Source of the DNA: Lepidodermella squamata
Lineage: Eukaryota; Animalia; Gastrotricha
Direction: 5' to 3'
Length of the DNA: 64,000 nucleotides
Assembly (NCBI GenBank): GCA_047495785.1
Contig: JBLDXI010000074.1
Location: forward strand, 62,001 to 126,000
In this document: positions 1-13,166 of the stretch, piece by piece
Layout of the letters: every line of letters begins with the position of its first letter
Position numbering within the stretch: position 1 is the stretch's first letter
Made by a program: the position numbers and the translations under genes
Notes under the pieces: generated by a model
Database searches by the model: none
What the model was told of the DNA's origin: nothing
What the model saw: only the letters and a program-made list of their open reading frames with translations

Positions 1-1504
1 CCGTGATACCGTTACTTAAGAGTCGTTATAGTCTACTTTGGCATATATACTGCTGTTAGCACAGGTATAAAGTATGAAGTGTATTTAGAACAGTGAATGT
101 GAAATTCTCTCAAACTCTACGGCGTCCCAAAGCCTTAGCGAAAAACTAGATATGATAACATTTACTGGAGAATTCAGGTCAGCCAATTTGCTAAAGCGTA
201 ATTTATCGCGTAATAATCGAAGCGAGATTTGGCGAATCCAAGAGGTGATCTTACATCTTACTTCAAACTATATTCTCAATAGTCCAGCTACGTTCAAATA
301 ATTGAAACAAGAGATTTCAAATTGATTCATAATTCACGCGAACTTGAGCGAATCCATGAACGTAACACCCACCCCAATATTCTCAACAAATCAGCAGTGT
401 CGTGAATAGCAGAGTGATCGCAACACCACAGATTGAGTACGGTGGTGACAATTTCTTCCCAGCAATATCTGAGCAAAGCTCCAACTACGAACGAAAATTA
501 GTTGGTCAATGCTACGCCCATTGCCCAGTAAGGGTTAAGGGTCCCGCGTGCTCTCATTACAAATTACGCCAAAGAACATCTTGAGGGCAAAGACTAGGGT
601 CGCAGTGCGATTGGTCTCGACCGCATAGTATCTGTGCCACTGCCCACTGCGGATCAGCCTTAAGCAATAATCAGCAAAGAAAAACGTGAATTAGTAAGTG
701 AAACTAAGTAATATTTGCAATGGCGAAGCAGCCTAAAAGAGGCTGAAGGAATTATTTAGAATGCAACATTGCCATGCAGTTACTTCCGCATTTGGCAGAT
801 TTAACTCAGACTGAAACGAATGAAAGGTTGCATTAAATGTATACCATAAACGATGAGCAAACATATACGGAAAATTTCAAACCGCAAATATGCTTACACG
901 AGAAGAAAAAGTAAGAGGGGTCAACCAAGTGTGAAATGGTGGGTGGATGATGACTGAAGCGACCGTAAGTACTAACCACTTGCTAACGACTTAGTTGCGC
1001 GCATTCAGACGGTCTTTTGGCTCAAGCTTCAAAAATTCAAAAGGCCGGTAAAAATGTTATTGAATTATATTTTCTGGGGACAATTTTATTTAGCTAAAAG
1101 TAAATTATACTATATATAAAAATTATAATTAAATTAAAATAAAATTAATTCGGCCGATAGCGACGAAACCTGCGGCGAATGCGTCCTTCGCAACAGGCCA
1201 AAAGTTCGCGGGGGTTCGATTATTTCGCGCAGCCAACTTGTGACGGGTGATATTCATCATTCATTTGGTTTAAATCATTAACAATGAGCAAATTTTGAGC
1301 AAAACGGGAGCAAAAAATTCAGTTGAACAATGGTTACGACATGATAAGCGATTCGCGTTCAAGTCAATGGGTCAGTTGTCGGTGCAACTTAGACAATGGC
1401 GATATGGCTTTATATGCAAGCCGCCACATATACTTCAGCAGTTTGAGATACTTATTCTTTGGTCAAACACATCGTAACACGCATTGATACAGCGCATTAT
1501 TCTG

Positions 1505-4500
1505 TCAGCCAAAGACTATCTTACAGAGCGAAGGCGGAGATACAGAAACTTGGTAAACTTGGTTGAGAAACCGGCCTAGCACCTACACTGTGTGAAAAAG
1601 GTATTTCAACGTACGATGTTCCGAGATTTTTCTAGTACAAATAACTGAAACAATACTATGGAAAAAATCATCTCGAGATATTTTCTCAATTAAAGGGCTC
1701 CAGATAGTTTCAATGTGGCGCCAGCATATCATAAGCACGAGGGCGAGGTTGAAATATAAGTGTTAACAAATTACAGCCGGCGCCTTAAATATGCAATAAA
1801 GACGCAAATGGGAGGTGGGAAAGTTATAAGAAGGTTGCCGAATAAAAATGCATGCCGGGCGCTGAAAAAATAGATGCCATAAACCATAACAAATAATGAA
1901 TATCAAAGTGCTATAAAATATGCATACGCGGCCGAGCATTGCAGAAGTCGTCTTGCAAATGAAAACACGTTATTTTTAGCGCACAGAATTTACGCGCGCT
2001 TATTGGCGAATATATTCTGGCGACTCGCCATTCTCGCTCATCGCGCTGTCTGGTCTGTTTATAAATGTGGGAGTTTACGCATTTAGCGTGAGGTGTTCAT
2101 TAGATGCGGAATAATAAAACCAGCGGCAAAGTTATATTATTATAACAAACTGGACTAATAGCTTCAGCTGGCAGGTGAGATATGAAATATTATTACAATA
2201 ACAGAGTTAACGCGACTTGTAAAGCGTAAAAGCCGGGCCAGTTCCGTGTGGTTGGTGTGTAAATTTAATACGCGCGGCTTCGGAGTTGAAATGTTATGTA
2301 AATGTATAATTTTACCTTCTGTACATCGATGCACAGCACTTTGATGAGCAGGTCATCGAGTGTACCAATGAAATCGCTCGAGTTAGGCGACAACTCAAGG
2401 TTGAAACCGCTCAGCCACAGCTCGCCAGAGTGTAGCAGCACGCGAACAAGCTCACGCATCGTGTAAGCTGGCACAACGCTGCGCAGGCACGCCTTCATCA
2501 GTGATGCCGGGATGACGCCAAAGTAATTCTTCGAAATGCGCCGCCGGCCGGACGCACGCAATGTTCGAATTGTCGACTGAACACGGCCGCAGAACCGCTT
2601 AACTGACTCGAAATCGTCTGGGTTACGGAGATTACGCGGGTCATCCAGCAAATTAGCAACAGCGACAAATTCTGAAAAATCACTCTTTTTCAGCTGAAAG
2701 CTGATTTATGAACAATCTCTTACCTGACGGGAAAATTTGCTCGCATTTGCCCGGGTGGTTAGGGGCACAAGACAACATTTTGATGAACGCGCTAAACGCT
2801 CTGTCTATAGGCCGCTTGACGTAACCGTCCTCTGAATTCGCAGACGGCATCTCCACATTAACATAAGGCGAATGTTGCGGGGTCACCCTGGTCGGAGGAG
2901 TGATCGAAACAGCTAAAGGCTTAACTTCAAGTTTTGCAGTTGCAGCGCGTTGTTGTGGAAGGTCATCAGTCTGGCAGTAAGAATCGACTCGAACCCAGCC
3001 TTGCCTAACCGGTCGTTTTACAACTCCGCGAGTTCTGGAAATCGACTTCTTACTGTAGACACGATCTCGCCACGGTTGAATCTGACTGGATTCGTAAGGC
3101 GAAGTTGCTCGACTAACAAAGTTAGCAAAATCAGCATCGCGGCAAGGCGAAGATCTTGTCGAAGATTTAGCGGTCTCATAAGAGTCGCAATCACTCAGCC
3201 TGTCGTTACTCATTCGCAAATTAACAGCGCTTTGAACAAGTAAACTGTTGGTAGACTTGTTACCAACAGGCTGTTGGATCATTAACAGTCCGACGTTTTG
3301 ATTACTGGCGCTCAGGCTAGGTTGCGGTGACGGCGCGCTACTTCCATTGCCGCTGAAGAGAGTCTTATGCGGAGTAAGATAGCGGCGCGTCAATTTTGGC
3401 GAAGCGTTATTATTTGCGCTCAAATCTACGGTTGAAGTTGTTGTAGCAGTTGCGCAATCCCTATTGTTCGGCGACGCGTGTTGGTGATAAGACTTGCTGG
3501 CAGTAGAAGGCTGATAGTAAGAAGTCGTTAGCGAAAGACTTGCCGCCGAAGTGTTTGACGGAGACCAGTAAGCTGAGTGGCCGGAACTGTTAGCCGGTCC
3601 GTTGTTACCCACCGATCTCCCAGATCCATTCAACAAAGTTGTGCTGTGGAAGGAGGAAGACATGCTGGGTTTCGAACTAGTCGATTGTGAATTCATGCGA
3701 GAAGATGAGTATAATGGAGATGATTCCTTCTTATAACTTGATGAAGTTGTGGAAATCATGCCCCGACTCGGGCTGCTTGAGTTACCGCTACCACCCAATC
3801 CTAACGAATAAGTCGAGGAGCGGGCTGTTGATTTCGGCCGTGTTGAGAATGAAGGCTGGTAACTGGCTGTAGATGAGCTTGTAGTCGAGGTGCGTTGGCT
3901 TGTTGTTGACGGGCCGAATGAATAGACTTGGTGGTAGGGAATGTACGACGATTGGTTCATCATTGACGACGATGACTTGCTATCAGTCGCCATTGATATT
4001 CTTCCAGCCGCTCGTCGATTCAATGTTTCTATAGGTAACAGAAACCGTACAAATTAGCTGATAGGATCATCTGTAATCGAAGCAACATCACTCATGGGGA
4101 CATTTGAACGGTGCTCTTACTGCTTCAAGCCAAAAAGAGGATAAATGCACCCTAGCAACGGCCAATTCTCACTCCGTAACCAAGGACGCTCAAGAGGGTA
4201 ATTTTGAGGGGTGAGATAGAAGCTTCATTATGAGTTGACACTGAAAAGCTGGGAGTAAAAATAAGAGACAAATGACCTTAGCAACCGCAAAAAATCAGCT
4301 GGTTACCAAGGACGCTTTGTGTACATTTCTCATCATTCGCCTTATAGCAAAGCAATCGCGAGTTCGAGAAAAATCGGAAGCCATTACCGGTAAATAACAG
4401 GGTAATAAGTGGGCGCTTAAGAGCCGCTTGAGAGGCCATAATAAACAAAATAAATAACAACCGCGTTGCGCTCCCGTCTCAGTACTTGAGCGTTGTTTTT

Positions 4501-7461
4501 GAAACAACACAAAACAACGTTGAATAGAAATTAGATCACTCAACATATGATTGCGATATTTATCATCCATGTTTTTGGCTTCGAATCTTGGACTTTGCCG
4601 GCTGTTATATGCATACTACGCCCCCGCTGGCAGGTAGATAGAAAATGCGGATAATTGCGGCGATCTAAAAGCAATGTTTCTTGTATAATTGAAAGCTGTA
4701 AGCAGGGGGTTTAAGAAAAAGCGAGATAGGTATCGAACATGGCAATCGGTGTAATTGTTATTCTTTCATGCTTACTTTTTGCTTTAGGGTTAGTAGTGTT
4801 GGAAGTGGTAGTAGTGGTATTATTATCAGGTTTTGGCTTTCGCTCTAGAAAATGTATAAAAATAACAGCTTGGTAATAAAATGGGTCCAGAAATATTTTC
4901 AATTATCTCTTCGCTTGCCATAATTTATCATCATTTTCGCCGGTGCACTAGAACGGTTTATTGCTCAAGTTATAATAAATAATATCTGTCAGTAAAAAAC
5001 CTGAACGGACCGAAGGAAAAAATCGAAAAAAATCGCGCGTTGGAATTAATATGATAAAGAAGAGGAAATAAATTCGACCGGGTGAAAATAAAAAAAATAT
5101 TATTTGTTTTTGCGGAAGCGCGAGAAGATAACGTTGGTGGGTTCCAAGTTGGTACTATATACTAGCCGTGGGTTAATGGGCGCTACTGTCTGCTCCGATG
5201 GTCCGAGCATAACAGCGTTCAGGCATGCGTGATCTGGCGTAACGTGATTTCGTATCATTATTATAGGTATACAACGTAAATCGGCCTTAATAAACGTAAC
5301 TAGTTACGCAAGTTTTTCACGCGCGTTGAATACTTGATATTATTATACCTAATAATAGCATTATGTAATTATGATGGTAGCAATAATATTATTCTGAGGG
5401 ACCAGGTCAAACAGTGTATAACGAGGCGGCCGGGCTTCAAACGCGAGAAGATTCTCGACCGATTTCCTTATAACCTCGCCTACATATGGTAAGTTGTACT
5501 CGATCACACCACGTTAATAGGGCTCAATCGTGTTCCGGCTCGGGGAAGCGCGTATCATCAACAAGAAGCTATCATTATCATCGCTTCGGTATCGTTTTCC
5601 ATGAATGAGCGAATTAATGTTTTGCGTTGCGCAATCACGCGCGCGATTTAATAATTGGCTCGGTAAACAAAACAGAAGGCGTAACTTGGTAGCTTATATA
5701 AAAAATAAGAATGGGTTTGCTCGAAGAGCGCTATTTTTCACTTTTCTGCGTGTGTAAATATTTTTGTTTTCGTAACATATATAAGTGTGCGCATCGTCCA
5801 AGTGCGTCACGTTTTGCGTTTTGCGCTCACATTGTAAATCATAAGTTCTTCCTATGTGGCCAAAAAAACCTATTCTCGGATTCAATTATGAGTTCTGATT
5901 TTTCGAGTCGAATATAAGGCTAGCAGAATCTACAGCAGCAACGGCTGAAATTTGTTTTCTAATAAAATGCCACAAAAAACTCCACAGATTCGAAATTTTT
6001 CGCAATTTTCGCAAAAAGTAGCGTATTTATTTGTTTACGAAGGAGATAAGGTACGGAACCTACCTATATTATATAGAATTTTATATAGAATATAGAATAG
6101 CCATTGTTGCACCTATCTTTTAAGACCGAATAATAAAAATACCTAAAATTGGGTAAAATTACTATAATTTCGGAGACGCGATGCTATTTTGCTAGAAGCT
6201 TGCCAAGAAAGCCCGAAATGACCAATTTATGGTTTACGGCCTTGGAAACTTCCAGATGGCGCGTAAATTTTTGTTAACGAGGGGAATGAAAAATTCCGAA
6301 AAATCTATCTAACCCAGGTAAAATACCGATAATTTCCAACCCATTTCCGATTGGATTCCTTCGGCTTTTCCTCGCTTAATGTTGGTGTGCTCGGAGAAAC
6401 CATGGACAATCACCAAGCAATAAGGTAACCTTTTTGTAGCTTCAATTTTGGAAAATGAATTAATTGTCTGCAAAAGTTGAAAACTTAAAAAATGAGAGAC
6501 ATGGCGTTGACGAGTTGTTCAAATCAAGTTATCCGGTCTAAAATGTCATGCAAACTGGTTTATTTTATGTCAGATCTGTAAAAAGTAACGTTAAAGTACA
6601 GGGTTTTCCTTTCGATTTTCCTCGATAGGTTGCCTAAGATCGTACAAAAAGTCAGCTCTCATCATTCAGCTGAAATTAATGCTACATTCATTCGTAAAGA
6701 TTTTGTTCGAAAAATTGGAAGTAAGTTCCAACCTGACCCCATCAAGTTATTAAAAAATGTTGAGGAACAATGAACGAATCTTTAGAATGAAACACATCTC
6801 ATTTTTTGCTACAATACGAGCACGGAGAAAAAATGGCTTCGCGAGCGTTCGCTTTTAATTATAAGTCCATTTCATGCGCTTATCGACGGACGGGAGGAAT
6901 ATAAGTTAACATTCGACCTTTTTTGACATAATATTGACGCAAAAATTGAATTAATTGTGCATTTCATTAAATTCTAAATTGAATGGAAAATTATTCATTT
7001 GAAAAATAATTACCGGCTAAATTTTGCCGAGAAGCAGAACTGGCTCGCCAGGCCGAAGCCGTGGAAGACGATAGGGTTGACGAGGTGGTCGGCATGCGGC
7101 TGCGCTCCGGGGTCGTTCTCGCCGATCTTGAACTGCTGTTATTATTCGTACTACTACTACTCGCCGAAGTCGTGTATAAATACGACTTTTTCCTCGCAGC
7201 TGCTGCCGAAGAAAGTGCGGCAGACCCGCGAGGCAGCGTCACGTCCAACCGATCAAAAGTGACGCGATGCCGCTCGCTGGAATACGGCGCCGCGGATGAG
7301 CCTGTCGTTGAATAGCTCGACGAATAGCCGCCGGGCGATTTCTGCGGACTCGACGCAATTCGCAGGCCGATGGCCGAACTCGCGCGAATCGACGGCGTTC
7401 GACTGGCAACAGCCGACTGTTCGAACGATCTCAATCGATTACTTCTCGAATACGTCGACAT
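1505..7461 (-). CDS. Uncharacterised Ser/Thr-rich protein (~728 aa) with a ~190-aa ordered C-terminal region
   Basis: Phase-consistent GT-AG exons 7461-7014, 4028-2724, 2671-2316 and 1582-1505 (2187 nt, 729 codons). Long low-complexity N-terminus; C-terminus ends ...IDVQK|VLGRFLNQVYQVSVSPPSLCKIVFG*. No family recognised. Extra exons in the 3-kb first intron cannot be excluded. Confidence 0.7.
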
Positions 7462-9008
7462 TGTGAAAAAAATAACTTTTCGTGTTTTTTTCTGACAATT
7501 ATATTTATACGATATGATATTATATATCAGAAAACGTAGTAGTGTTGTTGTCCTGATTTGACGTGATGTTGGCAACAAAACAAAGGGCGGTGGTACCACG
7601 ATGAGCACGGCTACTAATAACAGCACGTGCTACGCCTCGGCAGTTGTGAGGCATCCCGAAACAAAAGGCCGCTGATGATGATGGCGCGGTGTGCTTTAAG
7701 GTGGCGCGGCCTTAATAAGTAATAATAAAACCGCTATATCAAAATACTAACGATAGATGCTCGAGTATGGACGGGCGAAAAAGAAACCAAGCGTAACACA
7801 TGAGTGACTGACAACAACAACCGTTGTTCAGGTAGCCGGTGGTTAGTTTTTCGCTGCGCCTGTCTATTTACCCGAAAGATCTGATGGGCCATGGTGTATA
7901 CATGTAGATATAAGTATAACTATCAACAGCGCTACTTGCTCACCTATCGCGTTCATGTAAGATCGAACAAGGCCCTATTTAGCTGCCGCTCATCATCCGA
8001 GCGAGGCATGCGGAAATAAACAGCAAATACTTGAACACGCCCGGATGCCTTGATGTCGGCCATGTATGTTATATTGCGGTCGGAATATCCCAAAATATAA
8101 AGCTATAAATAAAAATACTCCACAACGCCACCTTATTCGATTTATACTACTCGAAAACGCCCGGCGAGCTGTGTAACGCCTGTTGCATGTAACACACTAA
8201 AAACAAGGCCGCGTGGTGTTGGCGAATTAAAATAAGATAATAATATCTTCTATCTCTATCACTTTTGCGCGGCGGCCGTTTTGTTTAACGTTATATAGCG
8301 CGTTTTATTTGCAACGTTGTTGAAAACACAGCGGTGTTTTGTTGTTCGATCGGCTATAAGGCTGGCTTTGTTTTCGCCCTGCTGATTTAATCTTCGATAT
8401 AAACCTGTGTGAGATGTTGATTTTAGGGCGGATATCTTTTCGCCGCGCGTGGTTGTATATTATATAAATCGGCTGTTAATGATAAAAATTCAGCCGACAG
8501 TAACGAATAATATTCCACGATATTCGATTCCTTTGTTATTACTTCATGCCACAACGACATTCGCGCAGTGACATTTCAGCAAGTGCGCATGTCACATAAT
8601 CTGCATTTATTGCGCAGAGACATTTCAGCTGCGACAAATTATCAAGGTCAATTGAAGGGTGATTTTCTTTAATTTATTTTCGAATTTATTTCATTTCAGC
8701 TGTCGGGTAAAAACTACAACTTCTACGCTAAAAATTGTACAGCTAAATTTGCTAAATTGTCACTAGCTTATTTGTCGCCAATGGATGGTCTCCGTGTTAT
8801 TGTCTCTGATTTTGCCAGTGGTTAGGTTTCACCGCTGAAATCGTCTTGGTAACAAAAGGGTAGTATATCAGAAATTCGCTTTTTCAGATTGCTGAAGTGT
8901 CACTGCTGGATTGTCAGACGACAAAAAATACGCACATTGTTCGTACCTTTTCAGTGGCTTCCAGGTTTACATGACCTGTATATTTTTATTCTAAATAGCC
9001 AATTAAAA

Positions 9009-10663
9009 TCAGTCCAGCGATTTTTGTTCAGGAATTTTGGCCAATAACAAAACAGGCGTTAGGAAAACGGCAACGGCATACGCGCAATTAGTTAAATGAT
9101 TGAAAGCTAATCCAGTCAAGATCCACTTTTTTTTCGCCGAAATGTCTCCATCTGAAAAATCGCTGCCAACAATTTTGTTGTAGTAAGGAATGATAAATTT
9201 GTCGAACAGCCAAGTTGCAGGTGGATCTTTCGTTTTTTCTCGCTTTTTGATTAAATAAACGACTCCGTCGCCAAAAAGGGCGAAAATTACGATGTAGGTC
9301 ATCTGTTGTCAATTAAACGAAATATTCATGTGACCAGGAAATTATGGAATTTTAATCGCATACCTGAAGACGGATGTAGACTGAAATGAGAGGGTGACTC
9401 GATGACTTGCTTGCCACGGGTAAATCATCCGTAATTTTCGAGTCGAATATCGAAAATGATAACAAACAAATAACAGACACATGAAATTTCAAATTTTTTC
9501 CCATCTATAAAATAGACAAAATTAATTTCAATAATTTTTCAATAATTAATTGTGACTAACCGGGGAAATCACAGCCGCGAGTTCTGCGATTGTGATGATA
9601 AAAGTTGGCAAAATGACGTTCGTTAGACCGTGCATAGGTTTCCGCCTCAGTAGCATTCGGAAACAAATTCGTCGAATAGACTTTGCATCGTCGATTATTA
9701 TCAATTTAGAATCATTTCCCTCAATTCGCCAAACTTCGTTCTCGGAAAAATGGTGATCGGGCCGGTGAAATGCGAGATAGCCAGGCTGGCTAAGGTGAAT
9801 TACGCTAGTTGAATCAAAGTCACTGCTGCCGATTTCAACGCTACAAATCTGAAATTTTGGGAAATTTTCACTGATTTTTTGGCGATTTTTTTACGGTTTT
9901 TTTACCTGAGTGTCAAACGGGAAAATAGCCAATTGAGGCTCGCAATAAACGTGAATTTCACCCATTAATTCCTTCGAAATCGACCCATCGCTACGTATCG
10001 AGGCTGATTGTCGCCTTTTGACAGGTTCATTCCAACTGTTTTGCGCGTCGAATTTCAAGTTTTTCCTTATTAAAACAAAATTTTACGAGTTTTAATTGAT
10101 ACTTGTGGAGTTCATACATGAAGAGGAATCCGTTTGTAATGTTCATTTCCGGCTGCCAAATTTTAGCCGAGTTGATCGTGAAAACATTGGTGCAGTTGTA
10201 CGGCCAAGTTTTATTCCACGTAAACTGATCTAAACGCCATTGCTGGAAGACATTTACTAGCACTTTGAAATTTAATAAATAAAAACAATGAAAATACCAG
10301 CTTCATTTTTCCGTCTAACATCAAGGTACTGGTTGATTCTTTCTGTCAAAGAACATTCACAAAAATAAATGTTTCGTGAAATTTCAGAATTAATTACGAA
10401 ATTTTTTATTCCAAGAAGTTGCAGACCCACGTTGACATCGATATTTTTCGGTGCTTGACCAAGTTTAGCTTGGTGAAGCAAATAGTCGAGGAGTTCGGCT
10501 TCTGAATAGGCTGGGTTGAAAGACATTTTTCACAAAATATCGACACCATTTTTTACTACAAATTACAAACTGAGTCGCAGGGCAGACTTCGTGTTCTTAA
10601 GAGTTCAGAAGCCACGTAATATTGTTGAGCCATCAAAATTGCCGAAAAAATTAAGCTAATCAT
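9009..10663 (-). CDS. Divergent Cys-loop ligand-gated ion channel subunit (nAChR/5-HT3-like fold), ~415 aa
   Basis: Exons 10663-10567, 10510-10398, 10342-10298, 10242-10103, 10035-9906, 9848-9561, 9504-9364 and 9302-9009 (1248 nt, in phase). Signal peptide MISLIFSAILMAQQYYVAS; IWQPE motif; Cys-loop C-EPQLAIFPFDTQI-C (C-x13-C); LLRRKP then M1 (NVILPTFIITI); M2 ending DLP; M3 and M4 present. Confidence 0.88.
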
Positions 10664-12058
10664 TCCAAATTTTTCCGAAGACAAAACGTGGAAAACAATT
10701 TTTCGTCAAGTGCAATATATGAGTGGTTTTTCTATGCAGCTGAGTAAGTAAATATTACAAATGCATACCTATATAGTATCTCTAGACTCACCTTTCAGTA
10801 TACCAGATAAATCGATTTTATCGCGCGGCTTTGTTTTTATGAGAAGTGCGAATACCGTTTTTTCTTCATCAGCACTGACATCAGACGAGCTTCCAACATT
10901 TTTCTTTATTTTCAACCTTTCAACATTTATTTTTATTGCTTGTCCCCTGATTTTCAATAAATCAGCCCATCTCTATTAGTCAGCCAGTTATTTTTAGCGG
11001 AAACCTTGTACACTGTGAGTCATCGATTTCAAAGTCATAAAACACCGGGGCTTTTGCAGTGATGAATAATTGAAACCAGATCGAAAGAGAGAATGCAGGA
11101 CAATATTTTCACAAGTCTGAAACTTACTTCGAATCTATTTTCCGGGCAATGGTTCTGAATTTAAGTTAACATACAGAAAATAGGATGGGTCAGCGCCAAT
11201 TTTCGATGTCTAGCGCAAGAATCTGGTTCGGAATAGGCCGGCGGCAGTTGCGAGATCCACCCAGGTAAAGTCGACGATCCAATAATGCGCAGATACGACG
11301 GATTGGCGGCTTTTTTCGCCTTCTTTCAAACCCGGCAAATTTTGATGGCACGGCTCATGCATGTAACGAAACATCGGGCGAAGAGACGTAAAACAATGGT
11401 AAACACCACCATACAGGCGAGTTGGAACACAAGCGACTCCGATATTGTCCCGATAAACGAATTTGAGGTATCGAATTGGTGAGAAAAATTACTTTCAACA
11501 GGTGAAAGACGGCCTTTGGACAACGAATTCTGTCGAAAATTTAATCAATTCGTAGCATTTTTTATATTATATAAGGTGGCTCACTGTTAATACTTATCTG
11601 CATAGTGATTCACACATTCCTTTGGTCCGGGAAATAAGGGTACCATTCAGCGTTTCGCCGGATACTCGAAATTTTATCCCACATCGTTTTCGTTCCCGCG
11701 TCTCATAATTTTGTCAGTAATGGCCTGAAGAAGTAACCGCGCACATCTCGCCTCATATACGTACAAAAATTATCGCAAAATTAACAACATAGACAATAAT
11801 AAGAGACTGGACACTCACGCTTATTTAATACTGCCGAAATAAAAAATTGCTTATTTTATCCGCATATACTAACTTTGTGTTGTAATTTTGCGCCTCGAGT
11901 TTTCACGATGCAGAGATAAGGTTTCACAATCTAGTGCAACTTTTTACGCTCTATTCAATCATGTATATTTTAAAGCGGTATCGTAAAAATTTCCCCAACA
12001 TTCACAGCTTTAAAAACTTTGAGAGCCTGCCTTGCAATTTGCCCTACCTCAGATTCCA

Positions 12059-12499
12059 GGTGGGATCTGAGCCCGGGCGGGGGAGACGTCGAAAACATCG
12101 ACGATTTTAGCCGCAGCGGCTGCGGCGGCCTGGCAGTGCTTCGACGACGTAGTTTGCGTCATCGAGACCGGCCGAACTGCGATGGCGATGTCTGACGGCA
12201 CTCGGCTGTTGTTTGATAGCTTGAAGCGAGCTGTCGCGCGTTTTGAGATGAGTACCGGCGGGAATACGAAGCGTTTCTCGCTCTCGCCGAACACGCCGCC
12301 GACGAACTCGGCGAGGCCCATGTGCGGCCGCAGTAGGCTCTGCCAGCCCTTGATGCTTTTGAAGATGGTGTGCTCTTCGAAGACGTCGCGGTAGTCGGAA
12401 TTGTTGATGGTTGGCGCACATCCTTCGGCAACGAGGCGGTACGGAATACCGCCAGGGTTGTTGCCAGGGTCCGCGATCGGTTATCTCGATCTGGAGGGT
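12059..12499 (-). pseudogene. HYDIN: Truncated, frameshifted duplicate of the 5' part of a HYDIN exon (copy of 58896-59335)
   Basis: About 96% identical by manual alignment to the reverse complement of 58896-59335 and retains the acceptor. A 1-nt insertion near codon 10 shifts the frame (GAC CGC GAC CCT -> GAT CGC GGA CCC). Homology ends abruptly at 12059. Confidence 0.92.
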
Positions 12500-13085
12500 C
12501 TGAAGTAAGAAGAGAATCAACGTTCCAAGTTCACAATTAAAATAACATTTATTTCAAATTTCAATTATAAATTTTTGCATGTTGAAAACTTGATAGCCAT
12601 TAGAGATGATTGTCATATTATTATTCCTGCCCTAGAGATCAGATTAATTAATTATTCCTGCAAAAAGAATAAAATTCTTACAGCGGATGTATAATATTAT
12701 TTAACTGTTGAGTAAATATTGAAAGGAGCTATGTTAACAGGAGCGAAATTATCACGATTCTGAGCTCGAAACACGTGCTTTTATCTAGTTAAGAAGACAA
12801 TTTTTACAGAAGATCATTATTCATTAATTGAATGTTGAGTAAATATTGAAAGGAGCCGTATGATAGGGGAAGAGAAAGCTATCCCAGTTGAAAGTTCGAG
12901 AAAGTTTTATAAACATAATATTTTCGTCAGATATTTTACCAAGTTAGAGCGCTAAAAATGTAAATAGCTAACTGACATTATGCCTTCAATTCGCCGCTTG
13001 ATGATTTCACACGTGAGCGAAATGTGAATTTCACGTGAAAGATAAGGAATGTTTATACAGATGCATAAGTTGAATCAGTCAGGCT

Positions 13086-13091
13086 TATAAA
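13086..13091 (+). promoter_or_regulatory. TATA box of peptide-precursor copy A
   Basis: TATAAA ~30 nt upstream of a TCATT Inr-like motif. The same arrangement occurs upstream of copy B (~15108) and copy C (58271-58266, minus strand). AATAAA at 13891-13896. Confidence 0.7.
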
Positions 13092-13166
13092 ATAGGGAGG
13101 TATCGAATGCATCTTTCATTATTTCAATTTAGTATTTCTATTACTCTTAAATCGACTTCTAGCAGA

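Noticed and set aside
1-1480. Short ORFs at the window start
   Set aside because: No motifs or coherent splice structure; probably 3' UTR or intergenic sequence.
10769-11523. Short minus-strand ORFs, one with a hydrophobic stretch and an in-frame TGA followed by further open sequence (..LPPAYSEP..)
   Set aside because: Several frames are partly open, no consistent spliced model or recognisable domain emerged, and no SECIS was identified. It could be a small gene or pseudogene but is unsupported.
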